Source of the DNA: the human T2T-CHM13v2.0 reference genome, Homo sapiens
NCBI RefSeq assembly: GCF_009914755.1
Contig: NC_060926.1
Strand: one strand, 5' to 3'
DNA length: 64,000 bases
Shown: positions 29,862-45,040 of the stretch, one piece after another
Position numbering within the stretch: position 1 is the stretch's first letter
How the letters are laid out: each line of letters begins with the position of its first letter
Position numbers and translations under genes: made by a program
Notes under the pieces: model-generated
Told to the model about the DNA's origin: nothing
Database searches by the model: none
The model's input: the letters and a program-made list of their open reading frames with translations, nothing else

Positions 29862-30373
29862 CTAACCCAAGAGAAAGGCAGAGGTAAACCTTAGGATGAT
29901 GGTAAACTAAGATGCTAAGACAAATGTTACACCCAGGACTCAGAGGACAAGATCATGTTAGAGAAGGTCAAAAGGCTCTAGAAACTTCTCCAGTAGCATG
30001 ATAGAAATAACATATCTGAGCTGTTTGAATAAAATAAAAACAGAAATAAAAAACTAAAGGAGATTTGGAGATGAACTTTTCTAGTCCTAGAAAATTAAGC
30101 AAATAAAAAAAATCAAGAGTTATCAACTCCAGGAAAACTAAAAAAAATGTATGCAATAAAAATATTATAGTATACCATGAGGCCCAGCTAGGAAAAATAT
30201 TCACATACCATAATAATGTATACTGACTATTTATCTAACCAAAATAACAATATAATAATATTGAAAGGATGGGGGATGGGAAAAGCATATGTATTGGATA
30301 AGTTTGGAGAACATGATAGAGAGTCAACTCTACATTCCCTGGTAGGAAGTAAGTGTTTAAAAGCTAAAGACTT

Positions 30374-30548
30374 TGCCAGGCACAGTGGCTCATGCCTATA
30401 ATCCCCACACTTTGGGAGGCCAAGGCAGATAGATTGATGGAGCCCAGGAGTTTGACACCAGCCTGGGTAACTTGGAAAAACCCCATCTCTACAAAAAAAA
30501 TACAAAAATTAGCTGGCCATGGTGGCACACACCTGTAGTCCCAGTTGC
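30374..30548 (+). mobile_element. AluJ, 3'-truncated
   Basis: gagcccaggagttt; left arm plus start of right arm. Confidence 0.85.
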
Positions 30549-31004
30549 TAATCAATAGAAAGGTTTAAAAGTGATTGCCTTTGGGAGTGAGCAACAGGGT
30601 TAAGCACAAGGGAGTGTGTAGTTTTGTTTTGCTTTATAACAACTTTGCAAAACTATTTTACTCTTTAAATTATATGTATAACTTCAGATAAAAATTAAAA
30701 TTATGACATATTCTTCTGGCCATTAGGAAGAAACAAAGTTTGGACTTACTGCTAGGCCATAATCAACTAGAAAACTGAACAAAATATACGGAACAAAAGT
30801 TTTCAGAAACCTACCAATAGGCAGCAGAGAAGGACTGTGATGTCTGAGAGATGGAAAACAAATTAGGTAAGCCCTGTGAGTACCTAGGAGTTCCAACTAG
30901 AGGTAATTTCCAAAACTCAGTGCAGAAAGAGGAAACCCAAAGATCCTCCAAAACTCTTACTGAGTTGAAGAGACAGAGTTCAGCATTCAAGGAGGCTTAG
31001 AAAG

Positions 31005-31370
31005 TACTATGCAGCCATAAAAAAGGATGATTTCATGTCCTTTGTAGGGACATGGATGAAGCTGGAAACCATCATTCTCAGCAAACTATCGCAAGGACAA
31101 AAAACCAAACACCGCATGTTCTCACTCATAGGTGGGAATTGAACAATAAGAACACTTGGACACAGGAAGGGGAACATCACACACAGGGGCCTGTTGTGGG
31201 ATTGGGGGAGCAGGGAGGGATAGCATTAGGAGATTTACCTAAATTAAATGACGAGTTAATGGGTGCAGCACACCAATATGGCACACGTATACATATGTTA
31301 CAAACCTGCATGTTGTGCACATGTACCCTAGAACTTAAAGTATAATAATAATAATAATAATAATAATAAA
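31005..31370 (+). mobile_element. L1PA 3' end with (AAT)n tail
   Basis: tactatgcagccataaaaaaggatga...cctagaacttaaagtataataat. Confidence 0.92.
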
Positions 31371-32463
31371 GAAAGAGTGTGCAAGGAAGAGTAATAGAGA
31401 AGAGAAAAAGCTTCAGAAATATATGGGTCCTCTTTAGTCTTTGGCCAAATATTAATCTGCACTTGTACTGGGTAAAATTCTACAAAATTCTGTGCAAAAA
31501 GCACTTCTGAAGGGAGACCAGTTTCCAGGGAGCTATAAGAAGAGTAATCATATGGTTCACATGTGATTGGGACTATTTTGAGCACACATGAGCCAAAGTG
31601 AAATGTCCTTGTTTAACAGAGACAGCATTCAGTAGAGAACACAGAAGGGTCAACCCTTAGTAATGCTAGCCATAAAGTTAAAACCTGCTATAGACATTCC
31701 CTAATAAAGGTTTTAAAAAATAAATCTGGAAAGATTAATCAAATTGATCTGTCAATAATCTAAATGACTGCCAGAACAAAGCCCAAAAACACTTTTTAAA
31801 GGAAGACAACAAAATCTAGCCCTGAACATAAAATTTATAATGTTAAGAATCTAATGAAAAATTACTACAAATGTATAAAAAGAGGAAATATATAAACAGG
31901 AGGAATGTAGGTCTACAGTAAAAAATCTAGAAATTACAGAGACATGGTTAGTAGACAGGAACTTTAAAACAGCTATGATTATTATGCTTTAGAATTAAGG
32001 AAAAAATAAATATAAAGAAGAGGGAAATGGAAGATATATAAAAAAGAAATTCTACAGATGAAAAAAATCTGAAATAAAAATATAACTGGATAGGACTAAA
32101 AGTAGATTACAAACTGAAAGAAAAAAAAAAGAGTGGATTTGAACACAATACAAGATAAACTCTCCAAAATGAAGCAAAGAGAGGAAGAAGACTTGAAAAA
32201 GAGGAGGAAAAATAAAGAGGAGGAGGAGAAAAAGGAGAAAGAGATGATGATTCTCAATGATATATGGAAAAACATCAAGGTGTCAAACATAGTATATGTG
32301 TAATTAGAATCCCACCAAAGGGAATTATGTAAAATTATATTGCCAATATTTTTCCAAATTTGAAGAAAACTGTAAACAAAGACTGAAGAAGCATGATGAT
32401 CCCCAAACAGGGCAAGCATAAGGAAAACCACAGCAAATCATAATTAAATTGTGAAAAACCAGT

Positions 32464-32839
32464 TGATATAGTTTGGTTCTGTGTCTCCACCCAAATCTCA
32501 TCTCTAATAGTAATCCCCATAATCCCCATGTGTTGAGGAAGGGACCTCATGGGAGGTGACTGGACCATGCAGTTGGTTTCCCCCATGGTGTTCTCGTGAT
32601 AGTGAGTGAGTTCTCATGAGATCTGATGGTTTTATAAGTGATGGTTTCTCCGTGCCCTCTCTCTCTTTCCTGCCGCCTTGTGAAGAAGGTGCCTGCCTCC
32701 CCTTCACCTTCCACCATGATTGTAAGTTTCCTGAGGCCTCCCCAACCATGCAAAACTGTGAGTCTATTAAAGCTCTTTCCTTTATAAATTACCCAGTTTG
32801 GGGTATTTCTTTATAGCAGTGTGAAAACAGACTAATACA
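32464..32839 (+). mobile_element. THE1 (C/D-like) solo LTR
   Basis: tgatatagtttggttctgtgtc...gactaataca; TSD ccagt/ccaat. Confidence 0.9.
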
Positions 32840-34367
32840 CCAATGATAAAGAGGAAAATATTAAGCTGGCTAAATGGAAAAATAAGGGTCCTTATATAAA
32901 GTGGAACAAATATAGGAATTACAGCAAGTTTCTCATCAAAAATTATGAAAGCCAGAAGACAATGTAACAATATATTTAAGTGCTGGAAGAAATTTTCAAT
33001 TTAGACTTCTATGCCCAGAGAAAATAACTTTAAAAAATAAAAGCATTTTCATATAAGCTAAAACTGACTGAATGCATTGCCAGCAGAACAAGAAAAAATA
33101 TGTATCAGATGACAACTTAAATCTACATATAGAAATAAGGAGTATCAGAAATGTTAAATAGGTAAATAAAAGATACATTTCTTATTTGAAAATTTTTAAA
33201 AAGATAGTTGACTGTTTAAAACAATAATGAAAACAATGTATTTGAAGGTTTATAATTGTATAGAAGTAATTGTATAGAAGCCACAAGAGATGAGCAAGAG
33301 AAAATAAATTGTATTGTTACAAATGCCTTACATTATATATAAAGTTTTTCAATATTTGAAGATAGACTGCTAAGTTTAAAATGCATATTGAACATCTTAG
33401 AGCAAACACTTTAAAAAAAATGAATCAGAAGTATAGTTAATAAGCCACTAGTAGAAATAAGGTGAAAAGTATAAAGGATCTATCTAAAAAGAGGAAAAGG
33501 AGAAATAAACAAGGAACAAGTAGGACAAATAGAAAATAGAAAACAATTGCAAATTATTAGATTTAAACTCAAACATAAATATACTAAATGTAAATAGTCT
33601 AAACTCTTCAATTAAAAGGCACATTATTGAACTGGGTAAAATGCAAGTTTCAACTATAGGCTGTCTTAAATAAACTCACTTTAAATATGAAGACACAAAT
33701 ATACTAAGAGTAATTGCATGGCAAAGACATATATTGCAACTGATAATCAAAAGAAAGCTAGAGTGGCTAAATTAAAACCAGACAAAGCAGACTTCAAGAC
33801 AAGAATCATTATAATGGATAAAGAGGATTATTTCATAATAATAAAGGAATCAGTTCTTCAAGAAAATATAATAATTCTAAATGTGCATAAACATGACAAC
33901 AGAACTTCAAAATATCTGAAAAAAACTGAAAGAATGAAAAGGACAAACAGAAAAACCCATAATTACAACTAGAAGTTTTAAAACTTCTCTCTCAGTAAAT
34001 TATAAAACATGTAGAGTACTTCAACAACACTGTAAAGCAAATGGACCAAATGACATGAATAGAACATTATACCAAAAACTATGGAATACACATTCTTACA
34101 TGCACATGGTAAATTCACCAAAGTAGACTCTATGCTATGCAATACAATAAATGTCAATACTGAAATCATACACAATATTTTCTCTGAAGAAAATGCAATT
34201 AAATTAGAAATTAATAAAAATGTCCAAATATTTGGAAATTACACAACACATTTATAAGTAACCCATGAGTTTAAGAAGAAATCTCAAGGGAAATTAGAAA
34301 ATATTTTGAACTGAATGAAAATGAAAACAAACATCAATGTTTGTGGGATGTAGTGGTACTTAGAGAT

Positions 34368-34561
34368 GTGCTGTCTAATACAGTAGCCACCAGCCATGTT
34401 TGACCACTAACATTTTAATTTTAATTATACAAGACTGATAAAATAAAAATGCATGCTCTCTGTCACACTAGCCAGATTTCAAGTGCTCAGTAACCATGTG
34501 AGACTAGTGACCACCTTATTGAACAGTAAACCATCACAGAAAGGACTATTGGTCAGTACTC
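34368..34561. mobile_element. MER3-type hAT MITE
   Basis: gctgtctaata.agtagccac; gtcacactagcc..atttcaagtgctca. Confidence 0.75.
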
Positions 34562-34713
34562 TCTTAGAAGAAATTGTCAATCATCAAATGATAATTTTAG
34601 GGAAAAAGCCCAAAATTAATTACCTAAATTTAGCCCTTAAAATACTATAAAAAGAAGAGTGAATTAAATTCAAAGTAAGTGGAAGGAAGGAATAATGGAG
34701 AATGGAAATTGAT

Positions 34714-34822
34714 GAGAATTGCTTGAGCCCAGAAGGCAGAGGTGGAAATGTGCCAAGATTGCACCATGGCACTCTGGCCTGGGTGACAGAGCCAGACCCT
34801 GCTTCAAAAAAAAAAAAAAAAA
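34714..34822 (+). mobile_element. AluJ right-arm fragment
   Basis: gcttgagccc...gacagagccagaccctg plus A tail. Confidence 0.85.
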
Positions 34823-35394
34823 GAGACGCAAGATGTCTACAATAAAGAATAAATTACATTACTAAGAAAAATTAAGGCTTAGATTATAAAAAGAGATTTA
34901 TACCATGTTCATGGAGAGGAGGACTCAATCTTTTTAAGATATCCATTCTCCCTAGATAGATTTGATGCAATTCTGATCAAAATCACAGTGGGCATTTTTG
35001 TAGAAATTGGCAAGCAGATTTTAAAATTAATATGAAAGTGCAATGGACCTAGAGTAGCCAAAATACTATACTAGAAAAACAAAAACAGGATTTAAGGGCT
35101 TTCACACTTGATTAAGCCACAAGAATCAAGAGAGCTTGTTATTGGCATAAGGATAGACATACAGATAACAGAATACAGATAACAAAAAATAGATTCCATA
35201 AATAAGGTCAGATGACTTTGACAAAGGTGCCAAAGTAATTCAATGCGAGACAAGAAAGAGTTTGCAACAGCTGGTACTAGAAGTAAGCATCTTTATGGAA
35301 AAATGAGATTCGTGCCTCATATCCTTCAAAATCATTAACTCAAAATGGATTATGGGCCTAAATGCGAAACCTAAAACACTGAATGCTTCTAGAC

Positions 35395-35426
<32 letters not shown>

Positions 35427-36889
35427 GTGAAGTATGAGGAAGTCTTTGCCACCTTAGAATAGGCAAAGTTTTCTCAGGACACAAAGAGGATGGATGATAA
35501 AAGCAAAAATAATAAATCGGTTGTCTTCATCAAAATTTAAAACTTTTACTTCAAAAGTGACCTAAAGAAAATAAGGCAAGACACAAATCAGGAGAAAATA
35601 TTCACAGTACATATACCTAAGAAACAACTTGTATCTAAAATATATACCAAACTTACGCAACTCAAAACTAAGAAAACAACTCAATTAAAATAAGCAAATA
35701 TTTTAACAAAACCTTCACAAAAAATATACAAAATGCCATTAAGTCATGAAATGATGCTTAATATTATTAGTCATCAGAAAAATGCAAATTAAAATTACAG
35801 TGAGATACTTCTACTTCCTACCTACTAGGATGGCTAAAATTAAAAAAAAAAAATTGACAATGCCAAGTTGGTGGGGAATATGTATGTGGAGCAACTGAAA
35901 CATGCATACTTGCAACATGTATCTGCCACAACGACAAATGTGACTCCAAGTATGCAACATAATACTGGAATTTTCTTATAAAGTTGAACATACGCTTAAC
36001 ATATGACTCAGTAATTCTACTCCAACATATTTACCCAGAAGAAATGAAGACATATAACCACAGAAATTCTTGTACATAAATGTTCATTGCTGATTTATTC
36101 AGAATGGTCCCAAACTGGAAACAACCAAATTTCCAACACCTGGTAAATAGAGAAACAAATCGTAATACATTCATACAATAGAAAACTGTGCAGCAATTAA
36201 AAAGAACAAACTGCTGGTGCACACAACAACCTGAATAATCTCAGAAACATTATGTTAAGAGAAAAAGCCAGGCAGAAAAGAGTACCTACTGTAGGATTGA
36301 ATTCATATGAAACTCTAAAAGACAAATTTAATCTATGGTAACAAGCAGATCAATAGTTACCTAGGCTATGTTTGCAGTTGGAGAAAGAATGGGAAGAGGT
36401 ACAAGACTACCTTTTGTGGTGATGGAAATGTTCTATATTTTGATTGTGGTGGTGGATCCACATGTGTACACATTTTTCAAAAGTCGTTGCCTGCACAGTA
36501 AAATGTATGCATTTATTGTATGTAAATTATACCTCAATAACATTGATTAAAGCACTAAAATAAAACTGAAAGAAGGTAACAAATGGAGAGATAGGAAAGG
36601 AAGAGAAAAAGAAACTGAAATAAAATAAAATTCTGACCAAGTTAGGAAAGGGAAGAGGAAAAAGAAAATTGAACAAAACAAGGAGGCAAAGTGGAGGGAG
36701 TCTCAAATTAACTCTTACAGAGATCACTGTCACAGACTTGGCACATTACTACTTCTAATACAACAACTTTGCAAATTAGAGATAATTGCCCTCATTTTAT
36801 TGAGACGATGAGAGATCAAATAACTTTCCAAATTTTTATATTTTGTCAGTGGCTTCCAAACATTTTCTAAATTAATAATAGCCTTTGGA

Positions 36890-37297
36890 AGTCAATTTTC
36901 ACAGGGTGAGTTCTCCAGATGCAGATGCAGAGATGGAGTTTGCAAGCAGAGTATGTATTAGGAATCAACCTCTGTGGGAGTGGGGCTGAAGCAGCAGGAC
37001 TGGGCAGAGGGGCATGTCAAACTGCAATGCAGGCCAAGAAAGCCTCTGGCAATGTGAGGGGGTCACTGAAAAGTATATGGACCCTCAGAGTGTCCTATGT
37101 TGGAGCAAAATAGCCACTTCTTAATATTAGAGCTGTGATCAGTCATTAAATATGGGATGTCCCCGGAAGGGCATAACCTTTGGTGAGATGGCCCCTTGCA
37201 GCTCAGAGGTGACAACTGAAGGGCATGTTCTTACAGCTGGGGTGACAAGTCCTTGTTTAAAGAAGAATTTGGATGGCCCATCTCTGTGTCTACCACA
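36890..37297 (-). mobile_element. LTR33-like ERVL LTR
   Basis: Minus strand starts tgtggtagacac and contains ccccagctg and ccaaaggttatgcccttcc. Confidence 0.7.
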
Positions 37298-37386
37298 ACA
37301 CAAAATATATAGAAAAAAATAAACGACGTAAGAGGGGAAATATTCAGCTTTTCCCAACAGAAAAAGGATTGGGGAAAATGAATTTG

Positions 37387-37819
37387 TGTGGCCAAAAATG
37401 TGACTCCAACTTGGATGCTGATCTGCCATGTTGACTTCTTATTAGCCCCAGTCCTGAGAATGCCTCCTGATTCCTACTTTATTTACTTTCCTTAGTGTAA
37501 GAACATGCCAACCTTCATATTTTCACACAAATTATAGGTTATGACACATATAACATGCTCACCTGTTCTGGAGGGTTGCCTTTAATTGTCTTGCATAGAG
37601 CACTTATACCCTTTCCCTATTATATATAAGCCCTGGGTCTAGGGGTAACAGGTACAGAGATCTACCTGTCTTGCAGCTGCCCAAGACCATGCTTCCATCT
37701 CTAAGTTTCCTAATCAAACACCCTTTACCGACAAACTGGATTTGTCTGCCTTGTTCTTTTTTTTCCATCTCATTTGGCATGTGGGGGCTGCTTTGCATAT
37801 ATGGCCCTTTCACAGAACA
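37387..37819 (+). mobile_element. LTR47-like solo LTR
   Basis: TG..CA ends; TATA tatataag at 37623-37630; perfect 5-bp TSD ATTTG at 37382-37386 and 37820-37824. Confidence 0.8.
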
Positions 37820-37984
37820 ATTTGCAACCATTCCTGTCCTCACCTCCCCATGCGCTGTGGCACGTGTTGTCATGCAGGTCTAAAGGGAGGCATCCTCTCC
37901 TGGAGAACATCCCCTTTTACGGGCATGATTCCAAGACAAGAAAGAAAGGAGACAAAAATCATATCAATAACTGTAATGAGGAAA

Positions 37985-38200
37985 ACAGTTGCTAATATGT
38001 TTTACGCGCCAGGGATGGTCCAAAGCATCATACATGTTTTAACTCATTTCAAACTCATAACAACCCTCCAAGGTAGATGCCAATTTTAATTCTCCACTTG
38101 ACATTATGGAAACTGAGGCAGAGAAAGATTTAGCTTCCAGCCTAAGGCCACACAGCTAGGAATTGGAAATGTCAGGATAGTATCTTACAGTCTGGCTCCG
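37985..38200 (-). mobile_element. MIR
   Basis: ctcatttcaaactcataacaaccct; ggaaactgaggcagaga. Confidence 0.75.
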
Positions 38201-38834
38201 GGAGGACCCACCTTCTTAGCCCCTCCCCCCCACCAACACGATGGCTCTCCCAGCCTCATAAAGACACCTATTCTTTATTCAGTGACATACTCTAGATATT
38301 CTTGATTGAATGCCACCTGGAGTCCCACAGCTCCTCCAAAAAAAAAAAAAAAAAAAAAAATAGCCACCCACCAAAGTCCTCAGGTTGCTCTTCCATTTGA
38401 AACAAGAGCCTTCTGATTAAACAGTCTTTTTTCTTCAAGCAATCTGTTTTGACCCACTTGGGCTTGAACCAACAGCTTTGCACATAGGAGCCTCCTACAG
38501 TGGCTTTAAGTTGTGAGGGAAATGCTCTAACTAAAGCAAAGAGCCACCTGGAGGGAAAACAGAGTGAATTTACTTTGAATTTGAAATGAAAGGTTTTTGG
38601 GTACCGATACCCAGCCTCCACTAAGCCCAGATTGGTCTGTAACACAATCTGACTCTTGAATACTTAAAAATAGAGATAATTGAACACCCCACGCTGTGAA
38701 GTGGGGCCTTGAAATTCAGTACTGAATTCAGTGGTGGGAGGGCTGATTTGCATTAACTTAGTCATGCCCACCTCATCAACTTAGATAACTGATGTTAGGT
38801 CCCTCGAGTTTCCTAGGAACCTAAGTGTGCCTAA

Positions 38835-38990
38835 GAACACAGTAGACTAGGAATCAGACCACGATTTTACTCCCAGTTCTGCATTTAACTAGTTTTGTAA
38901 TCTTAGATAATTCACCCTGTTTCTTGGGGTTTCAGTTTCTTCATCCATAAACTTTGGGGCTTGGATTGGATAAGGTCTTTTCCAGGTAGT
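38835..38990 (+). mobile_element. MIR
   Basis: gactaggaatcagac..cccagttctgc..tcagtttcttcatc. Confidence 0.6.
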
Positions 38991-39699
38991 TCTGCAATTT
39001 TCAGAAATCGAGCAGAAAACTTAAAGATCTGAGTACAGGAGATAAAATAATTTAATTGGAAACCGTCCTTCCCTAAAATGTTTTTCTGGGCTTTGCTTCC
39101 GTAATGCAGGGGCACATTTTCTGCTTTCACCACATAAGAAGCCTCTTAAAGTGAACAGTGTCCTTAACATTCCTATGTTGAGATAAATGAGGGAACAGAC
39201 AAGCCACAAAGGGATCAGCCCATTTTCAGGAGGTGGCATGATTTGTGGGAAGAGCCGGGGTTGGGAGAGAACTCTAGTGTAGCTCTCCCATAACTCATCC
39301 TACCTTCCTCTCTGTTAAACAGGCTTCACAGTAACGTGTCCTCCCAGGAAAAAGATCAAGGAATGAGAAAAAAGACATAAAGAACTCAGAAAGTAAATTT
39401 TGCCTATAAAATGAAGTGAGTTCAAGAACAAATAAAAGAGTTTACTTCACTGAGCATGTAAGATGCATTTTGAGTCCCCTAGATTTTATTTCCAAAATTA
39501 TAAGACAGGTATTGAATATGGCTACCTTTACTTCAAAAGAAAATTAGAAGAATAAAAGGGAAAGTTAAAATAGGTCTTGTATAGACAAGCTTCCCTCATT
39601 TTACTGTTAAGGAAATTGACAGCCAGAGAGAAAAAACTGACTTGTACAGAGTTACGCAGAAAATTAGCTGCAGTTCTATTACTAGAATCTGGGTCTGTA

Positions 39700-40970
39700 T
39701 TCATCTATTCATTGAGCACCTTGATAGAAAAGAAACCATCCTACCTTTGTGAGTGGACAATCAAATTCCATCAATACATATAGAATTAGAGCTGTGGCAA
39801 GTGACAAGTAAGGCACACAATGGTATGAGAGTGCAGAACGAGAAAGGAGACTGGAGAGGGGTGTTGAAGGTAGACCACAAAAGACCTTGTAGGTCATGTT
39901 CATTTATTCATTCATTCATTTACTCAGTCATTCTTATATAATGTATTCATTCAACACATTTTTTGAGCACTCACCAAGAAATAGGTATTGTACTAGGCAC
40001 CAAAGATTGAGCTATGAGCAAAACAGTCCCTGCCCTCATGGGGATAACATTCTAGTAAGAGGCAGTAAGAAGTAAATTAAAATTATAATGTGTCAGGTGG
40101 TGAAAGGTACCACGAGGACAAATGAAGTAGGGAAAAAGAAACAGAGAGTGGTGGTGTGAAGTGTTATTTTAGAAAGAGTGACTGGAAAAGCTCCTTTACT
40201 AAGATACATTTTGAGCAGAGAGAGAAGTGAAGGAGAGAGCCATTCAGCTATAGGAAGGGTGCTCCAAGTAGAGGAAACAGCACAGGCAAAGGGTCTGAGA
40301 TGAAAAACATGCTTTGAATATTTAAGTAATAGCAAAGAAGCCACTGTGCCTGGAGCCCAGTCAGCAAGAGGAAGAGTAAGGATCTGGGAAGAGAACTTAA
40401 AGGGAGAGGGTTAAAGAGCCCTGGGGCTAAAGACTTTGACTTTGACTCTGAATGGAATGGAAAGTGATTGGAGCACTTTGAGCGTAAGAATAAGACGATC
40501 TGACTTACGTTTTAGAAGGATCATCCCGGCCGTTCTGTGGATATAGACAGGAGGAGAGTATGGGCAGAAGGGGAAAAAATTGTTGGTAATACATTGTAAT
40601 AATCCAGGCTGAAAAAAAATTTAAAAAGATGATGGCTTGGATGAGGGTGGTGATGGAAGTGACAAGAAGTGGTCAGATTCCAGATGCATTTCAAAGGCAG
40701 ACACTGCATGATGTACAGATGAATCAGATGAAGGGTGTTAGTGAAAAAGAAGGAGTCAAGGAGGAATCCAAGGTCTTGGCCTGAACTCTGGTTAAATGGA
40801 GTTGCCATTTGCTGAACAAGGAGAGGCCACTAAGGCATTTTAAGTTGGAGAGAAGGGTGACATGATTAAATTTGTACGTCCAAAATATCACTCTGGCTGT
40901 GATATGGGGGAATGCATTGGACAATAGACAAGAGTCCAATGAACAAGAGTGGATATGAAGTTCTTAGGAG
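39700..40970 (-). mobile_element. L2 fragments
   Basis: (TTCA)n 3' end; ttgagcac..ctaggcac; typical antisense L2 body. Confidence 0.8.
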
Positions 40971-41293
40971 GCTATAGGAGGCTTAGGAGGCAACCTATAG
41001 GTTTCCCAGACAAGACATCCATTAATGGATGATTTATGAATATTTTTCCTATTTTAACAGCTTCATTTAGTAGTTATATGTATTATATATATATATATAA
41101 CTAATATCTATGAATGATATATATTTATATTTATCTATCTTTCTATCTCTCTAGCTATCTAATGAGTATTCAAAAACAGCTAGACACATCAAACCTGTGA
41201 CTTCAGGAAATTGCTTAAGAAGCAGGGTAACATGGTGCCTTAAATTTTAGGTAAGAAATATAGTTAGTAAATAATGAAGTAGTTGGTACTTTA

Positions 41294-41415
<122 letters not shown>

Positions 41416-41923
41416 AGGAAAAAAAAACTATGTACATACCTTAATTTAAGAATATTTTATCACTAAAAAATATGCTAAAAATCATCTGAGCCTTCAACCT
41501 GAGTCATAATCTTTTTGCTGGCAGATGGCCTTGCCTCAATGTTGATGGCTGCTGACTGATCAGGGTGGTGGTTGCTGAAGGTTGGTGTGGCTGTGGCAAT
41601 TTCTTAAAATCAGACAACAAAGAAGTTTGTCAAATTGATTGACTGTTCCTTTCACAAATAATTTCTCTGTAGCATCTGATGCTGTCTAATATCATTTTAC
41701 CCATAGTAGAACTTCTTTCAAAGCTGGAATCAACCTTCTCAAACCCTGCAACTTCTTTATCAGTTAAGTTTATTGAATATTCTAAATCATGTGTTGTCAT
41801 TTACACAATGTTCACAGTACCTTCATCAGGAGTGGGTTCTATCTGAAGAAACCACTTTTTAAACTCATCCGAAAGTGCAACTCCTCTCATCTGTTCAAGT
41901 TTTATCACAAGATTGCAGCAATT

Positions 41924-42231
<308 letters not shown>

Positions 42232-42432
42232 TCAGTCACATCTTCTGGCTCCAATTCTAATTCTAGTTCTCTTGCTATTTCCAACACATCAGCAGTGTCT
42301 TCCTCCACTGAAATCTTAAATCCCTCAAAGCTATGAGGGTTAGGATCAACTTCTTCCACACTCCTGTGCCTGTTGGTATTTTGACCTCCTCCCATGAATC
42401 ATGAATGTTCTTAATGGCATCTAGACTGATAA

Positions 42433-42814
<382 letters not shown>

Positions 42815-44292
42815 TAGCCTTATGAAATATATTTCTTAAGTAATAAGACTGGAAAATCTAAATTACTTCTTAATCTATGGGCTGTAGAACGGATGTTGTG
42901 TTAGCAGGCATTAAAACAATGTTAATCTCCTTGCACGTCTCCATCAGAGCTCTTGGGTGACCAGGTACATTGTCAAGCAGTAGTAATATTTGGAAAGAAA
43001 TCTTTTTTCTGAGCAGTAGGTCTCAACAGTGAACTTTAAATATTCAGTAAACCATGCTATGGACAGATATACTGTCACCCACACTTTGTTGTTCTATTTG
43101 TAGAGCATAGGCAGAGTAGATTTAGCATAATTCTTAAGGGCCCAAGGATTTTCAGAATGGTAAATAAGCATTGGCTTCAACTTAAAGTCACCAGCTACAT
43201 CATTCCCTAATAAGAGAATTGGTCAGTCCTTTGAAGATTTGAAGCCAGGCATTGACTTTTCTTCTCTGGCTATGAACGTTCTAGGTGGCATCTTCTTCCA
43301 GTATAAGGCTATTTCATCTACACTGAACAGACGTTGTTTAGTGAAGCCACCTTCATCAATCATTTTAGCTAGATCTGGATACCTTGCTGCAGATTCTACA
43401 TCAGCACTTGCAGCTTCACCTTGTGCTTTTATGTTCTGAATACAGTGTCTTTCCTTAAACTTCATGAGCCAACCTCTACCAGCTTCAAACTTTTCTTCTG
43501 CGGCTATCTTACCTCTCTCAGCCTTTATAGAATCAAAAACAGTGACGGCCTTACTCTGGATTAGGCTTTGCCTTAAGGGAACATTGAGGCTGGTTTAATC
43601 TACCCAGACCACTTAAACTTTCTCCATATCAGCAATAAGGTTGTTTTGCTTTCTTATCATTTGTGTGTTCACTGGAGTAGTACTTTTAATTTTCTTCAAG
43701 AACTTTTCCTTTACATTCGCAGCTTGGCTGTTTGGTGCAAGAGCCCTAGCTCTTGGCCTCTTTTGGCTTTGGGCTTTGGTTTCCTCACTAACTTTAAACA
43801 TTTCTAGCTTTTGATTTAAAGTAAGAGATGAGGGACTGTTCTTTTTACTTGAACACTTAGAGGCCACTGTAGGATTATGAATTGACTTAATTTTAATATT
43901 TTGTGTTTCAGGGAATAGGGAGGCCAGAACAGAAAAAGAGAGATGACAGAACAGCGGGTTGGTGGAGCGGTGAAAACACACACAGCATTTATCTATTGAG
44001 TTTGCTGCCTTAGATGGGCATGGTTCATGGTACCCAAAAACAATCTTAATAGTAACATCAAAGATAATTGATTACAGATCACCATAACAGATATAATAAT
44101 AAAGAAAAAGCTTGAGGAAAAAAAGCAAGTATTATCAAAATGTGACAGAGACACGAAGTATGCACATGCTGTTGGAAAAATGGCACCAATAGACTTGCTC
44201 GACACAGGGTTGCCACAAACCTTCAATTTGTAAAAACGCAAAATCTGCTAAGTACAATAAAGCAAAGTGCAATAAAATGAAGTCTGCTTGTA

Positions 44293-45040
44293 TTTCCAGA
44301 AGTGAGATTGCTGAATCATATGGTTGTTCAATTTTTTAAGTTTTTTTGGAAAACCTCCCTACTGTTTTCCAAGCTGTACTAATTTACAATACTACCAACA
44401 ATATACAAGGGTTCCCTTTTCTCCACATCCTCTCTAACACTTATCTTTCATCTTTTTCATGATAGCCAATCTACCCGGTGTGAGGTGATATCTCTTTGTG
44501 GTTTTAATTTGTGTTTCTCCTATAATTAAAGATGTTGAGTATGTTTTCATATGTCTGTTGGCCATTTGTATGTCTTCTTTTGAGAAATGTTTATTCAGGT
44601 CCTTTGCCCATTTTTAAAGAGTTATTTGTTTTCATGCTATTGAGTGGTTTGAGTTCCTTGTGTATTTTGGATACTAGTTCCTTCTTTGATATATGATTTC
44701 CAAATATTTTCTTCCAGTCTGCGGGTTGTCTCTTCACTCTGTACATTGTTTTCTTTACTGTACAGAACCTTTCTAGTTCAATGCAATCCCCCTTTGTCTA
44801 TTTTTGCTTTTGTTGCTTGTGTTTTGGCATCTTATACAAGAAATTATTGCCCAGAACAATTTCATGGAGGTTTTCCCCTATGTTTTCTTCTAGTAGTTTT
44901 ATAGTTTCCAGTATTACATTTTTGTCTGGAATCCATTTTGAACTTATTCATGTATAAGGGGTGAGGTAAGGGTCAAATTTCATTCTTTTGCATTTTTCCC
45001 CAATGCCATTTATTAAAGAGATTGTTTCTTCCTCATCATG
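44293..45040 (-). mobile_element. L1MA/L1PB fragment
   Basis: gagattgctgaatcatatgg; ttggccatttgtatgtcttcttttgagaaatgt. Confidence 0.85.

Larger units (their letters stand above)
30710..36550 (+). mobile_element. Old near-full-length L1MC/L1MD with an internal deletion and nested elements
   Basis: 5'UTR-like region; degenerate ORF1; EN remnant (NQKKARVA..DKADFK..IIILNV, 33718-33972); 3' end tgtaaattatacctcaataa. Confidence 0.75.

Noticed and set aside
38338-38360. Orphan poly(A) run as a retro-insertion
   Set aside because: No TSD or upstream element; simple mononucleotide run, like that at ~35395-35422
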